Assembly (NCBI GenBank): GCA_030167865.1
Contig: JALAGF010004074.1
Coordinates: 62,001 to 121,724 of the forward strand
Direction of reading: 5' to 3'
Length of the DNA: 59,724 nt
Origin: Craspedostauros australis
Lineage: Eukaryota
The notes under the pieces were generated by a model, which saw only the letters and a program-made list of their open reading frames with translations, did not search any database and was not told where the DNA came from. Position 1 is the first letter of the stretch, and each line of letters starts with the position of its first letter. A program made the position numbers and the translations under genes. Shown one piece after another: positions 11,439 through 22,804 of this stretch.

Positions 11439-12236
11439 TCATCGCATCGACAGCATCCGCTTCAATTCGCCTGACTCACCCAATGGTAACAAACCTGGTC
11501 CATCGTTGCACCCGCCGATGTACTTTCCTTTGACAAAAATCGATGGCACCGAAGTGCGCTTCGTGCGTCGACCCAACGCGGCCCGGATTTCGTTGCCTTC
11601 ATTCCCGTCGAGCGTATCCAACTCCACGGCGCGGTATTTGATGCCTTCTGCCTCCAAATAATCTTTGGCGCGACGGCAGAAAGGACACGTCGTGAAGGAG
11701 TACAGGACGACGGGAACGTTGGGTGTTGCCACGAATTTCTCGATGCCCGCATCCACCGCGTCGTTGTCGTAGTCGCCGGCGATAATGTCCGCGATCCATT
11801 GCTTGAAGGGGTACGCGTAGTCGGCCATGATCTCGGAGAAACGATTGGTGAGGGACGACGATTCCGACCATTCCATGGGTTCGCCGTTGCGACCCTTCTC
11901 GTCGAGGACGGAGCTGGATGCGACGCGGTCGTTCTCCAACTTGAATATCGTGGAGGCGATCTGATCCAGGATAGGGCGTTTCATTTCATGAAGCCGTGTT
12001 GTCGTTGCTGTTCTTGTCGTTGTTGGTGTTGATGCAGGAGCAGATGATGACGGTATGCCCGATGATGTGATTGATGGTGACCTGGATGAAGCACCGCCAG
12101 TGTGAACGGCGACAAAAGCAGAAGCTGTCATTTGGAGGCACGCAATGGCCATCAATAGAAGCAGGCTCGATGCAGATCGAACCGCCGGGGCAAGTCGGTG
12201 GATCTTCATGTTGCCTGATGCAATTGTTCGCTTCAT
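11439..12236 (-). CDS. Plastid-targeted dithiol glutaredoxin (CPFC)
   Basis: Motifs YSFTTCPFCRRAK and RTSVPSIFVKGKYIGGCND. Signal peptide ends ASA-F, followed by an S/T-rich transit peptide. Start is ATG 12236 or 12209. Confidence 0.9.
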   Translation of the reverse strand: MKRTIASGNMKIHRLAPAVRSASSLLLLMAIACLQMTASAFVAVHTGGASSRSPSITSSGIPSSSAPASTPTTTRTATTTRLHEMKRPILDQIASTIFKLENDRVASSSVLDEKGRNGEPMEWSESSSLTNRFSEIMADYAYPFKQWIADIIAGDYDNDAVDAGIEKFVATPNVPVVLYSFTTCPFCRRAKDYLEAEGIKYRAVELDTLDGNEGNEIRAALGRRTKRTSVPSIFVKGKYIGGCNDGPGLLPLGESGELKRMLSMR

Positions 12237-12674
12237 GGCTTGGTTGCGAGGCAATGGCAACTGAAGAGCGAAGAATGAAGAGTGACAGGTGAAGATAAAG
12301 CCCAAGAGAGAGTACTCTGGAGGAGTTGGCTTTGACAGTGTCTTGGCAGAAGTTGCGTGTGCAGAGGATGTATTACGACTAGTATCCGTGGGAGCGGTAT
12401 CATCTGTTGGCTGATTATGAATCTTGTTCTGGATGACGTCAGCCACATCAAAAAGATCTGTTTTTTGTTGGGTGTTTTCGTCGGATTGTGTGGTGATGCC
12501 ATGTGCCGCCCAGTACGAGTTACCTACACCAAAGGGCGCTGTACGAGTGTTTGGTTGTGATGGATTCACAGCAGATCATGGAGGACCATGGCAGATCATC
12601 AACAGCACCCACACCAATCGCAGCACTCACAGTGACAGAACCATCCGGGGAGCAGACATACGATCGACAATACC

Positions 12675-12766
12675 ATGATGACCAAGGCATCGACAGTGAC
12701 AGCATTAGCAAGAGCAACATCCCTCATCAAGCAGCGAAGACGCCGCCTCACCCTTTCCAACACCAC

Positions 12767-12813
<47 letters not shown>

Positions 12814-13835
12814 CCAGCAACAGCAGAAGCAGATTCAGCGCACTGGTTCTGGTCGCCACGCTTTCTGCCACATCCACATTCACATCCACGAAGCTCGGCA
12901 CATCACCATTCGCACACGCCATGTCCACCAACGCGAACAGCAAGCCATCCTTCGTGGTGGATTCCCATCTCCACGTCTGGGCCAACACGGCCGAATCCAG
13001 CGCGCAGTACCCGTACGCCAAAGGCCAAACCCCGCCCGACAGCCTCAAGGAAGTTGCCAGCACCGCAGCGTTGCTGCAGCAGATGGATGCCAACGGCGTC
13101 GACGGCGCCCTCATCGTGCAACCCATCAATCACAAGTTCGATCATGCCTACGTCACGAATGCCATCCAAACGCATCCCAAGCGCTTCAAGGGCATGCTGC
13201 TGCACGATCCGTCCCAACCCACCGAGAAGGCCGTGTCGACCTTGGAGGATCTCACCCTGAAGGGATACGTCGGCGTGAGATTCAATCCTTATCTGTGGGA
13301 TAAGCTCGAGGATTGCGGCGACGGCACACCCCAGTGGTCTCCCATGTCGCAAGGCGCCGGTCTCGCCGTGTACCAACGATGCGCCGAACTGCAAATGCCC
13401 GTGGGCATCATGTGCTTCCAGGGATTGCACTTGCATTACGACGATATCGTGCAGCTGCTGGAGACGTCACCGCAAACGCAGATGATCCTCGATCACTTTG
13501 GCTTCACGACGTTGGCGCCCAATGAGCACGAGCAGTTTGAGAAGCTGCTGGCGCTGGCCAAGTACCCACAGGTGCACGTCAAGATTTCGGCCTTGTTCCG
13601 GTTGAGCGACCCATCGCCGTACGATCGGGTTCGCAAAGAGCGGTTCGAGCCCTTGTTGGAGGCCTTTGGTGCGGGGAGGTTGATGTTCGGAACGGACTTT
13701 CCCTTCGTGCTGGAGCAGGAGCCGGAGAAGTACGGAGGGATGGTGAAGTTGGTCTCCTCGTGGATGGATGATGATGCGCAGCGCGATGCCGTCATGGGGG
13801 GCACTGCTCAGAAGCTCTTTGGATCATGGGCTTGA
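12675..13835 (+). CDS. Amidohydrolase family protein (Amidohydro_2, lactonase-like)
   Basis: Motifs VVDSHLHVW, GVDGALIVQP, VGVRFN, ILDHFG, HVKISA and LMFGTDFP. N-terminal extension with an (NS)n repeat. Confidence 0.9.
12768..12824. repeat. (CAGCAA)n hexanucleotide repeat encoding poly-(NS)
   Basis: Direct tandem repeat inside the amidohydrolase N-terminal extension. Confidence 0.85.
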
Positions 13836-14507
13836 TGCTCTACACGGCAACATAAAACCATTTCGAAACGGAGCAATACGTATAATGTGTACGAGCATGG
13901 ACCATGAGTGTCAACTGGCGCAAGCCACGACGCCATGATGCGTGTACCGTGCCAACGTAAGGATTGCCCTTCATTGAACGTACCATCGACAACAGCGACG
14001 AACAAGACAAGGGAAGGATTTGGATCTAATTCAATCGATCGTGCCTTGTACGAGTATGACTAAGTGTTCCAAGGAGAGTTACTATTACCCACATTTATAT
14101 CTGTTTGTATCCGTTCTGCACATAAGCTTTCATTTGCCTGTTTTTGTTTTTTGTTTCTTGCTTTTTCTGTGTTTGTTTTGTTGTGTTCTGTTTTGTGTTG
14201 TTGTTGTTCTCTCATAGCACTTCCTGACCTTTTGCACAGTGCTGCTGTGCTGTTGCTGTTGGGTGTATGGCGCCAACAGCAGCAACAAGCGCATCCGTGG
14301 TTCTGGTGGATGCCGAGAGATGCCATAAGTACATTGCTGTCATGTAAATACGCAAAAAATCGCTCTCGTTCGTTCCTTTCATTCTGTTTGTTTTGTTTGG
14401 GGTGGGTTGTGATGTTTCATTTCATTTCGTGTTTGCTTGGTGTTTGCTTGTCTCTCCCTCTTTTGGCGTTCCTGTCTAGTGCTTTGTTCACTGCTGGTGC
14501 TTACCGT

Positions 14508-16574
14508 TCATGGGAACGTGGGCCTTGCGCGCGCTGCAGCCGCGGCCGCTGCTGCCTCTTCTTCCATGCGCTTCTTCTTGGCCAAGTAGCGCGCTCGCTT
14601 CTCCGCACGCTTCGCCGGATCGTCGTCTTCACGCAGTGCCTGGCTGGCCTTGCGACGAGCAACGATGTTGGGGATGATGTACCATCCGTTCGCATCCTTC
14701 TCCAGGAAGCGGCCACCATACGAGTGCACGTAGTCAACAAGCATTTGCGACAGATCGGTCTTCTCGTTCTTATCAGCAGTGTCCGCGTACCACTTCTGAA
14801 GGTTCTTGACCTCCTCTCTGTAGCGCTTGTTCCCCACGTGGTGATTGGAGCGTCCTCCGCGTCCCAACAGCACATCGTCGTTGGTGATCTCAACGTACTC
14901 CTTAACTTCAGGGAGCACCTTCTTGCGTGGTCGGCGCTTGCGCTTCTTCTTGTTGCTGTTCGACTCTTCCGCTGATGCCACTGTGGCTGGTGCCTTCTTG
15001 GTCCTGGGTTGCCTTGGCGCAATGGATGCTGCTTGAGCAGTATTCGTGGGGGACACGGTTGTGCTGGTGTTAACGTTGACGTTGCTAGCGTCCACCGGCT
15101 CCGCAGACTCGGGAGCGGGCTGCGACAATCCAGGTTCTCCCAGGTTCATTTGGTACGGGAAAGCGGAGACGAAGGGTGGAAGCGGAAGGGAGTAGTCAGA
15201 AAGGAAGTTGTTGATGGTTGGGTCCGGTGGATCTGGCTCCACTTCGCGTGGATCCTGGCGGCTCTCACGAGAAGAAGAAGACGACGACGGTGATGCTGGT
15301 ATGAGCTGGAGCTGTGACATGAACAAGCCATCCCAGTCAGTCTTGCCAGACATGTTGTTTGCGCCGGTGCTGCTGCTGCTTGCTGGTGGCAGGATGTCGA
15401 GAACGTTCTCCTGCGGTGCCACGCTGGGCAGGGACGACGTGTCCGACTGCTTCTCGAACATGTCGTAGCTGATGGGGACGTCAATGTGAGTCCCCAGGGT
15501 CTGCGATGGCATCCAATCGCGACTTGAGAACGTTTGTGATGAGGATGCGAATGGGCGGCTCGTGGCAATGTCGCTCTCCCCGATGACCGGGTTGGCCAAT
15601 GGCGCCTGGAAGTCGATCATCAAGGGCGGTGTGGACGAGGACGAGAGGGAAGCCGCGGAGGCAGCAGTCGATATCGAGGACGAACGCGAGTGGAGCGCTG
15701 ATCTGGCAAGCGGCGCACTCTGCAGGTTCCCTCTGAGGACGTTGTTGATCGCGTTGTTGACATCAGCCACAGTGGTCGCGGTCGTGCTCGCACCCCGGGT
15801 GTTCGTGTTCGTGTTGGGGCGCGGTGTGGTGGCTGTCGTGGTTGCCGCGAGTCTCGGTTGCGCGGCTGGGAACATGGTGGACGAGATGGAGGTGATGGAG
15901 GGCGTCTTGGGTTTGCTCGTGACCATGGAAGCGGCTGCAGTGGTGGCACTGGCTGCCTTCTTCGCAACAGCCGAGACGGTTCGTTGAACGAAGGTCTTGA
16001 GGGGAGGCACGGGGTCGGAGGCCGGCTTGCCTCTGGGGTGGGACTCGATGGGGAACTTCATCTCCCAGTCCTTGCTGGAGAAGATGTTGGAGAAGGAGTT
16101 GCTGCTCTTGAAGATGCTGGACGAGTCGAAGGCGGGCAAAGGAGCGTCCTTGGAGAGGAAGACGTTCGAGGGCCCGAGGCCGTCGATCTTGGGGAGCTCC
16201 TTGCTGAGGAACCGGCCGAACTCAGTGCTGTTGAAGATGCGTCCGAAGTCTGGCTTGTTGCCGCACTCGGGCCCGTTGCCATTGGTGGTGCCCATTGTGG
16301 GGCGGCTGTTGGGCAAGGGATCGGGCAGCTTCATGGTGCGTCTCGAGGTGGACGTCGAAGTGGAGGCGGAGGGAGCCGGTGTGGCAGCTGCAGCTGCTGC
16401 CACTGCTGCAGCGGTTGCGACAGCCGCTGATGAAGACGGTAAGCGGAAGGAGGGGGCACCACCGAATGTATCGCTACGGTGGCGTTGCTGCCTTTGCTGC
16501 TCGTGCGAGCGGGTGTAATCGTGAGGCAGGATGCTGTGCTTCCTCACGATGGGGTGATGGTTTGCGATGGACAT
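14508..16574 (-). CDS. DUF6824 domain protein (copy 1)
   Basis: C-terminal DDVLLGRGGRSNHHVGNKRYR...EKTDLSQMLVDYVHSYGGRFLEKD..GWY...ARRKASQALRE, preceded by a long S/P/T/A low-complexity region and a basic KKKRKRRPRKK stretch. Start could be the later ATG at 16334. Confidence 0.88.
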   Translation of the reverse strand: MSIANHHPIVRKHSILPHDYTRSHEQQRQQRHRSDTFGGAPSFRLPSSSAAVATAAAVAAAAAATPAPSASTSTSTSRRTMKLPDPLPNSRPTMGTTNGNGPECGNKPDFGRIFNSTEFGRFLSKELPKIDGLGPSNVFLSKDAPLPAFDSSSIFKSSNSFSNIFSSKDWEMKFPIESHPRGKPASDPVPPLKTFVQRTVSAVAKKAASATTAAASMVTSKPKTPSITSISSTMFPAAQPRLAATTTATTPRPNTNTNTRGASTTATTVADVNNAINNVLRGNLQSAPLARSALHSRSSSISTAASAASLSSSSTPPLMIDFQAPLANPVIGESDIATSRPFASSSQTFSSRDWMPSQTLGTHIDVPISYDMFEKQSDTSSLPSVAPQENVLDILPPASSSSTGANNMSGKTDWDGLFMSQLQLIPASPSSSSSSRESRQDPREVEPDPPDPTINNFLSDYSLPLPPFVSAFPYQMNLGEPGLSQPAPESAEPVDASNVNVNTSTTVSPTNTAQAASIAPRQPRTKKAPATVASAEESNSNKKKRKRRPRKKVLPEVKEYVEITNDDVLLGRGGRSNHHVGNKRYREEVKNLQKWYADTADKNEKTDLSQMLVDYVHSYGGRFLEKDANGWYIIPNIVARRKASQALREDDDPAKRAEKRARYLAKKKRMEEEAAAAAAAARARPTFP

Positions 16575-18697
16575 CGTCTTATGAGTGCTCTCGCTCTTGT
16601 GCTATGTCGGTGTGCTTTGTGGTCAGGCTAGGGTTGCTGTATGCGTGTGCATATGCGCGGACATGTATAGTGCATGTGTAACGTGTGTGGATGTGCTTGC
16701 GCCGAGTGGATGCAGAAAGGTGTCAGAAGTGTGGGTGTGTCTTCACTTTTGGTTCCTTCCTGTTTCTGTTTGTCTTTCTTCTCCTCCGTTGGCTGTTCCC
16801 TTGTCTGCTTCTCACTGTCCCTGCCTGTTCCGATGGATGGCAATAATTCTGATTGATTCTGCTGTATTGTGTCGTGTTGCGTCGCGTTGTGCTTTGCGCC
16901 TCTGCGTTGTTTGGACTTCGTGTGGTACGGATGGATGGATGTGCGGTGGTGTTGTCGTCAATTCGCGGTCCGACTCTCGTGCTCTTTTGTTGTGCGGAAA
17001 GCAATACTCCACGATGTTTTCGTGCGGGTGGCGTTCTTGTTGTTGTGTTTTGGTTTTGTGAAGCAATTTCCAAACCTGCGCCACCCTCCCTCCATTCGTC
17101 GCGGTGTTGCGCGTCTCCTCGCCTTCCTCGTTGTTTCGGTGCAGCTCGTCGTTGCGTTTTCAGTGGCGAGGATCATCTTCGAAGAGTTTCTGCTCCCCGT
17201 AGGCTGCCGTACTGTTTTTGACGTAAAGGCGAGTTGTCACGTTGCGAAAAACTTCCTTCCAGCGTTCGCCTCCACGTTGTCGTGCATCGTCCGACTGATT
17301 CTCCATGTTGCGATCAGTTAACGCTGGGGGCAAGTGTCGCGATTTTGACTCTTGGTTGGGAGCGAGAGAACCAGTCGTGCATCACGTGTCCAAACGTGTC
17401 CTTGTAAATTTGTCCGATTTCTGACGTGGACAGTTGCAGCCGACACAGAATCGAAGGCGTCATGATGTTGGTCACAAATTGGAGATTCGTCCTTTGTGTT
17501 CGCACGGTGAAAACAGGGAGAAAGTGGCCGCCTCTCCTTGATGTGGTGTGGGAACGAACACGCGTGCTTGTGGCAGTTGATGCGACGATCATCATGCGAG
17601 TACTCGTGTTCGTACTCGCAGAGAGTGGCAGGGAGAAGCCTCAGAGAAGCCAACGAAGGTGGGCACATCTGTTGTTGACATCCAATGTCGTGGAGGCTGT
17701 TCTTGTCTGTGTTAGCGCGTGCGTCTCGTTGGATCCGGATCGGACAATAACAATCAATCCACCATCACCATCGTCGTCGTTGTGGTCGCTGTCGTCAGCG
17801 TGCGGCCAGCTGGCAAGAATGCGGTTCTTCGTGTCAGGCTGATGTTGGTAGCGATGCTCCGCGACGTACCATCAGATGGAAAGATGGTGTCAAAGACATG
17901 GATTGATGCGTTGACGCGATGATGTGTTCACATTGTCATGCCAAGTTGAATATGGTCGTTCTTCGACGTTGTGGCGGGAGTATGGAATAAGTGCGTGCAG
18001 CTGCAATTGATCGCTCTCCTCTGAGCTGGTCTCTATCCTGCCACGCACGGCAGGGGAAGAACGATGCGATCACCCCTTATTACTCCGTGCATGGCAGTTG
18101 ATACGTTGATATGTACGTTGATCTGATCGTTGCGTTCTATTATATCTTGTGAAATGGAAATGGACCATCCGTACGCAGCTCCATGTGTGTTGTTTCCGGA
18201 GAGAAGTCTTGGATGACATCAGCATCAGCGCAAGTTGGTAGGTGATTGGTGACGAACGATGGCACCTGGACCTGCCAAACTGAAGAGTGTGTGATTGAAA
18301 TGTGTGGGAGTTCATTGAAGTGAATTGAATACGATGGAAATGGATCCGCCTGTGTGGATGGGACGGAACTGAGATAAGATGGATTCAATTGAATATGATT
18401 TGGCCGACACCAGGTTGGGGCATCTCTGGACTACTGTGTCTTCAACCAAGTCTTCGCATTGTCGTCGACATTGGTGTGAACACTGACCTTGGCAAGCATC
18501 AGGATGGGCAACAGCCACGAATGCATTAGGAGTGGTAGAGTTTTGTGCTTTTATAACGCGTTTGTGCTGTATGTTCTATGATCTGTTCTCGCTACGAGTA
18601 GTCCCGTACCTCTCCGTTGCGTTCAAACTTCGGGGTGCACCGCGCCACATGGACTTAACACTTCCAAGCGATAGCGCGATGCGAAACTCTCCCGCAA

Positions 18698-20893
18698 TCA
18701 GCACCCGTATTTGGCACGCCTCGCTGCTCTAGCCTCCGGCGTGTTGCGATCACGCAGCGCTTGCCCGACTTTGGTGCGCGCGACCTTGTTCAAGGCCACG
18801 TACCAATTGCCGCTATCCTTGTCCTTGTCCAAAAAGCGCCCGCCCATGCCGTGGATTTCATCCACCACCGATTGCGCGACTTGTGTCTTTTGGCTCTTGT
18901 CGCAGGACAGATACCTGGGCTTGTTCTCCTCCACCAGCAATCTATAGCGCTTGTTGCCAGGGTGGTAGTTGGACTCTCCACCACGACCAAACAGCACATC
19001 GAGATCCGATTTCTGGACGAAGATCTTGTTCTCCGGCACGGTTTTTCTTGGCTTGCGCGGTCCCTTGTTCGAAGACGGCTGCTGCTTTTGCATCCCGCCT
19101 GCTTCCGGTTTCTTCGCCATGGAAGGATCTGGCGAGGCCGGCATCTGTGCTCCGGATGACATTGATGACAACGGCTGAGGGGTTGGATTGAGCAATGCCG
19201 CGGCCGCCGAGGAGGCGGTCGCCTGCGGCATCGGCAATGTCGCTGCATGGGCCGCTGCAGCTTGTGCTGCTGCTGCTGCTCCTAGCGTGGCGCCAGCTGG
19301 CGAGGGTGTGTTCGAGTGTAGTTGGCCGATGTGCTGTGGGAGGTGAAATCCCATCGGTGCCGCACCTGGTGAAAATGCCTGGCTCAGCTGATGCGCTGCG
19401 AGCGAACCGATAAGGGACGATGCGAGCGGGGTGGGTGCGCTGAGTAGGCTTGCGGCACGTGCTGCTGCTGCTGTCGGCGCCGAGATGCCCACCATGCCCG
19501 AGTAGTCTCCGATGGATGAGATCATGGGGATGGTGGCCGTGGACAGGGAATGTGGCATTGCAGAAAGGAGATTGGCGTACTGTCCCGCCGACGTCCAAGC
19601 AGCGAGCCTTTCCGCGTCCATGACAGAGAGCTGGCTGGGAGTAGCTGAAGAGCCCGCAGCTGCTGCAGGACCGGCCAGACCCAACGCAGCTGCGATGGAG
19701 CTTTTCGAGGATGGCAGCTTAAGTCCCCCTCCTTCTGTCGAAAAGTCCATCGAGTTCCTCATGCGCAGCAAGCCCGAAGAAGCAGCCATCAACGCATCCA
19801 CATCCACACGCTCGTTGAGCTCTGACGATTCGAAGAGGGAGAGGCTGGGCTTGATCTCCTTTCTGGATTCCTGCGGGGCATCCTTCACCCTCTCTAGATG
19901 CCGTTTGAATGAGCGTTTGGATGCGGCCTTCTTCTTCAACGGTACCTCTCTTGGCGATTGCGTCCCGGCAGCAGCCGCTAGCGCAGCATCCGTTTTGGAC
20001 GGTCCCAATGGAAGCCGAGAGTCTCGGCCAGATTCGAGCTTGACTGGCAAGAGGAAGGAGGCAGCCGGCGTCGGAGCGGTCGTTGAACGCGCTGCTGCTG
20101 CTTTTGCCGCTGCGGACGGCGCGGCTGCAGACGACAAACGCAAAGAATCGGACTTGATGAGACCGCCGCCGGCCACCAACGCCCCGAGGGCGGATCTTCC
20201 CCTGTGGCTGCTCCCCGTCGCGTCCGCCGCGCCAAGTAACCTCGATGCCGCGCTGCTGGTTGGATGCGCCGCTGACAATGCTGCGGCTGTTGACGTCGGA
20301 GATGGTGCGGTTGAGGCTGCTGCGGATGCCGCCGCCGCCTTCTTTTGTTGATCGCCGAACCTGAGCTTCTCCATCTCGGCGTAGTTCGTTCGGCTCTTCC
20401 TGCGGGAGCTCTTGCTGGCACCCGCGAGGGCCTTGGCACCGGCAGAGTTGCGAAGCAGGACAGCAGCTGCGCTGGCGCCGCTGGCGGTCGGTCCCGCCAT
20501 GGCATTCCCCCGAGCCAGCGCAGCAGCAGCCACGGAGGAGGAAGGCACTGTGTGGGCTCCGAACGGGATCGAGATGGATTCGCCCAGCATGCCGGCGCCA
20601 AAGTCGCCGATGGAAGGCCCGCAGACGAAGCTGCCGATGGAGCCGATCGAGTTGCCAAGACCGAGCAGGGTGCCATGATGTGCATCCTTGGCGGGATTCG
20701 GAAGCCCAGCGAGAATGGCGGAGGCTGGTGAGGGTGCTGTCCTGTCGACGCTTCTGTTCTGCTGGAGCATCATCATGAACCTCCCCGCTGTCGTTTGAGG
20801 AGCAGCAGCCGCGGCAGCAGCAGCCGCTGCAGCTGATGACGCCACCAAGGCTTCGTGCTTCTTTGCATCTGTGACGAACGGGAAAGTGCTCAT
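18698..20893 (-). CDS. DUF6824 domain protein (copy 2)
   Basis: C-terminal DLDVLFGRGGESNYHPGNKRYR...QKTQVAQSVVDEIHGMGGRFLDKD...WY...ARTKVGQALRD, with an Ala/Ser-rich N-region. Confidence 0.88.
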   Translation of the reverse strand: MSTFPFVTDAKKHEALVASSAAAAAAAAAAAPQTTAGRFMMMLQQNRSVDRTAPSPASAILAGLPNPAKDAHHGTLLGLGNSIGSIGSFVCGPSIGDFGAGMLGESISIPFGAHTVPSSSVAAAALARGNAMAGPTASGASAAAVLLRNSAGAKALAGASKSSRRKSRTNYAEMEKLRFGDQQKKAAAASAAASTAPSPTSTAAALSAAHPTSSAASRLLGAADATGSSHRGRSALGALVAGGGLIKSDSLRLSSAAAPSAAAKAAAARSTTAPTPAASFLLPVKLESGRDSRLPLGPSKTDAALAAAAGTQSPREVPLKKKAASKRSFKRHLERVKDAPQESRKEIKPSLSLFESSELNERVDVDALMAASSGLLRMRNSMDFSTEGGGLKLPSSKSSIAAALGLAGPAAAAGSSATPSQLSVMDAERLAAWTSAGQYANLLSAMPHSLSTATIPMISSIGDYSGMVGISAPTAAAARAASLLSAPTPLASSLIGSLAAHQLSQAFSPGAAPMGFHLPQHIGQLHSNTPSPAGATLGAAAAAQAAAAHAATLPMPQATASSAAAALLNPTPQPLSSMSSGAQMPASPDPSMAKKPEAGGMQKQQPSSNKGPRKPRKTVPENKIFVQKSDLDVLFGRGGESNYHPGNKRYRLLVEENKPRYLSCDKSQKTQVAQSVVDEIHGMGGRFLDKDKDSGNWYVALNKVARTKVGQALRDRNTPEARAARRAKYGC

Positions 20894-22804
20894 GGTCTCT
20901 CAATGACGCAATTTGGCAGAGTAGAGTAGAGCCGAGTAGAGTACGTATGGTGGATCGGACTGAGTACGGGAACTCTCTCAACAGAGGGAAAACGGGTCTG
21001 GCCTCGACAGTTCTTCTTGTGCTGGTGCTGGTGGTCGCCACTTCTGGAGGGTCTGGATGTTGCCGTCCGCAGGTATTGCTATGTATTCTATTATAGAATA
21101 ATGTATTGTAATATGTTATATTTGTCAAGTCTTCTGACTCTGTTGTTACTCTCCTGTTATTGGACACTTCTTGGAATTCGGGCTGTTGAAAAGTACTCTA
21201 TGTACATGTGAGTACGGGTAGAGTAGGCGGTGCGCTCTCTTCGTCGATTGTGGTTTGGTCTCTCTGTCTTTTGCAGCATTCTTCACGTCGCCGACCTTTT
21301 GTTGCTGTTGGTCGTTGTTGCGGGTCTGGTGTGTTTGCCCGCAGACGTGAACGCAGACATGCAGCGCGGTGCGGAGAGCTTTTGTCGTGAAATTTGCGTC
21401 TTATTGCTCGTGGGCGTGGCAGGAACCCCACACCAACACACTCTCTGTGTCTCGCTGCCGCGCTATTTGCCGTGCGGGTGATTGCATCCACCATGTGTCC
21501 AGCGCACACTTTTGTACCACAAGAACGTGCGTCAACACAGTTGATCGTGGAATCGTACGTGGACTGTGTACTACGATGTACGTCTGGTCAGTCAAAACGG
21601 GACGTTTGACGGGCAGACGGAGAATCTCAAATCCGTTCCGGCGCTCACAAATTCATCGTCTCGGAAGTCGTTGGCAGTCGTTTGGGTTCGATGGTTGGGC
21701 ACGAATGTGTGGGGACTGGCATGACACGAGCCGCGAAGCGTATGTGGGGACGATGTGGGAAAGGATGGAAAGAAGGAACAAGTATCGTGCCGATGGGAGG
21801 ACCCAAGATGAGATGGCCCTGGTTCTTCCAATAGCCTGATATCATACGACTACTCCATACAGTAGAGTAGACTAGAGCACACGCTCTACTATACAAGGAC
21901 ATAGGTAGAATATATCGTACATATGTGCGGGAGGATGCAAGCACTCCAATCAGGAAGCAAAGGAAAATGTCTCATTGTGTGGGACGAGCACGAGAATGAT
22001 ACATACATATGCATATATATATATTCGTAGTGTGGAGAGTGAGCAGTACGCTGCCTGTGCGAGCCAATGGAGTAGGCAGCGGCGTGCTTGATCTGAACAC
22101 GGCAGGATGACGAGGAGGAGGACAAGAAGATCTGCAACTGTAGCGGAGCATATTGCAGTCCGAATCTGTTTGCATCTTGTTTGGGCATCCAAATCTTCAT
22201 CTCTCTATCTAGAGAGAGTATCTTCGTTTCCATCGCCCCATCATGGTATGCAAACGTCATCACGCCCCTTGCGATCACTCAGTTCGGCAAATGCAGACGG
22301 CAAGTCCAACAACCTGGAGTGGCATCATTATTGGCGTGAGCAATCATGTCTCTCTCTCCCTCTGTGCTCGGAGAGTTCTTGAAAGATAGCGGCGTCATTC
22401 TTGCCCTGTTTCATTCGTTGGGGATGCACCGGCTTCATTCGCATCATGAGCGAGGCGCCGCATGAAGTATCGCAGCCAGTGTCTCATCGATCATCGTCTC
22501 AGCTGTCTTCGTTCATTGAAGATGGGTAACGTGTAGCATCAGCCCAACCCAACCCAACACTTGCCACAGGACTGTTTTGGTTCATTTTCATTGTCAAGCT
22601 TGCCACACTGGCCCACTCTAAAGTATCAATTAACTGTCTGAATCTGCAGTTGGCAGAATGGTCGTGCTCGTGGTCACGCTCGCACGAGCCCCGGCCGCAC
22701 ATTCCATGGCACAGCGCCATGCCTAAAAAATCAGTTCGGAGAACGTCTTTGCAGACCACCTCCCAGCTGATGCTTCGCTGCGTATCATAGTAGTCTTGGA
22801 TGGC

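Noticed and set aside
14064-14975. Hydrophobic 303-aa ORF that looks like a membrane protein
   Set aside because: Derived from T/G-rich sequence antisense to the 3' UTR and end of DUF6824 copy 1.
19719-21167. 482-aa alternative-frame ORF overlapping DUF6824 copy 2 (also 43970-44845 and 41125-41919)
   Set aside because: Arg/Cys-rich off-frame translations of GC-rich or low-complexity coding DNA.
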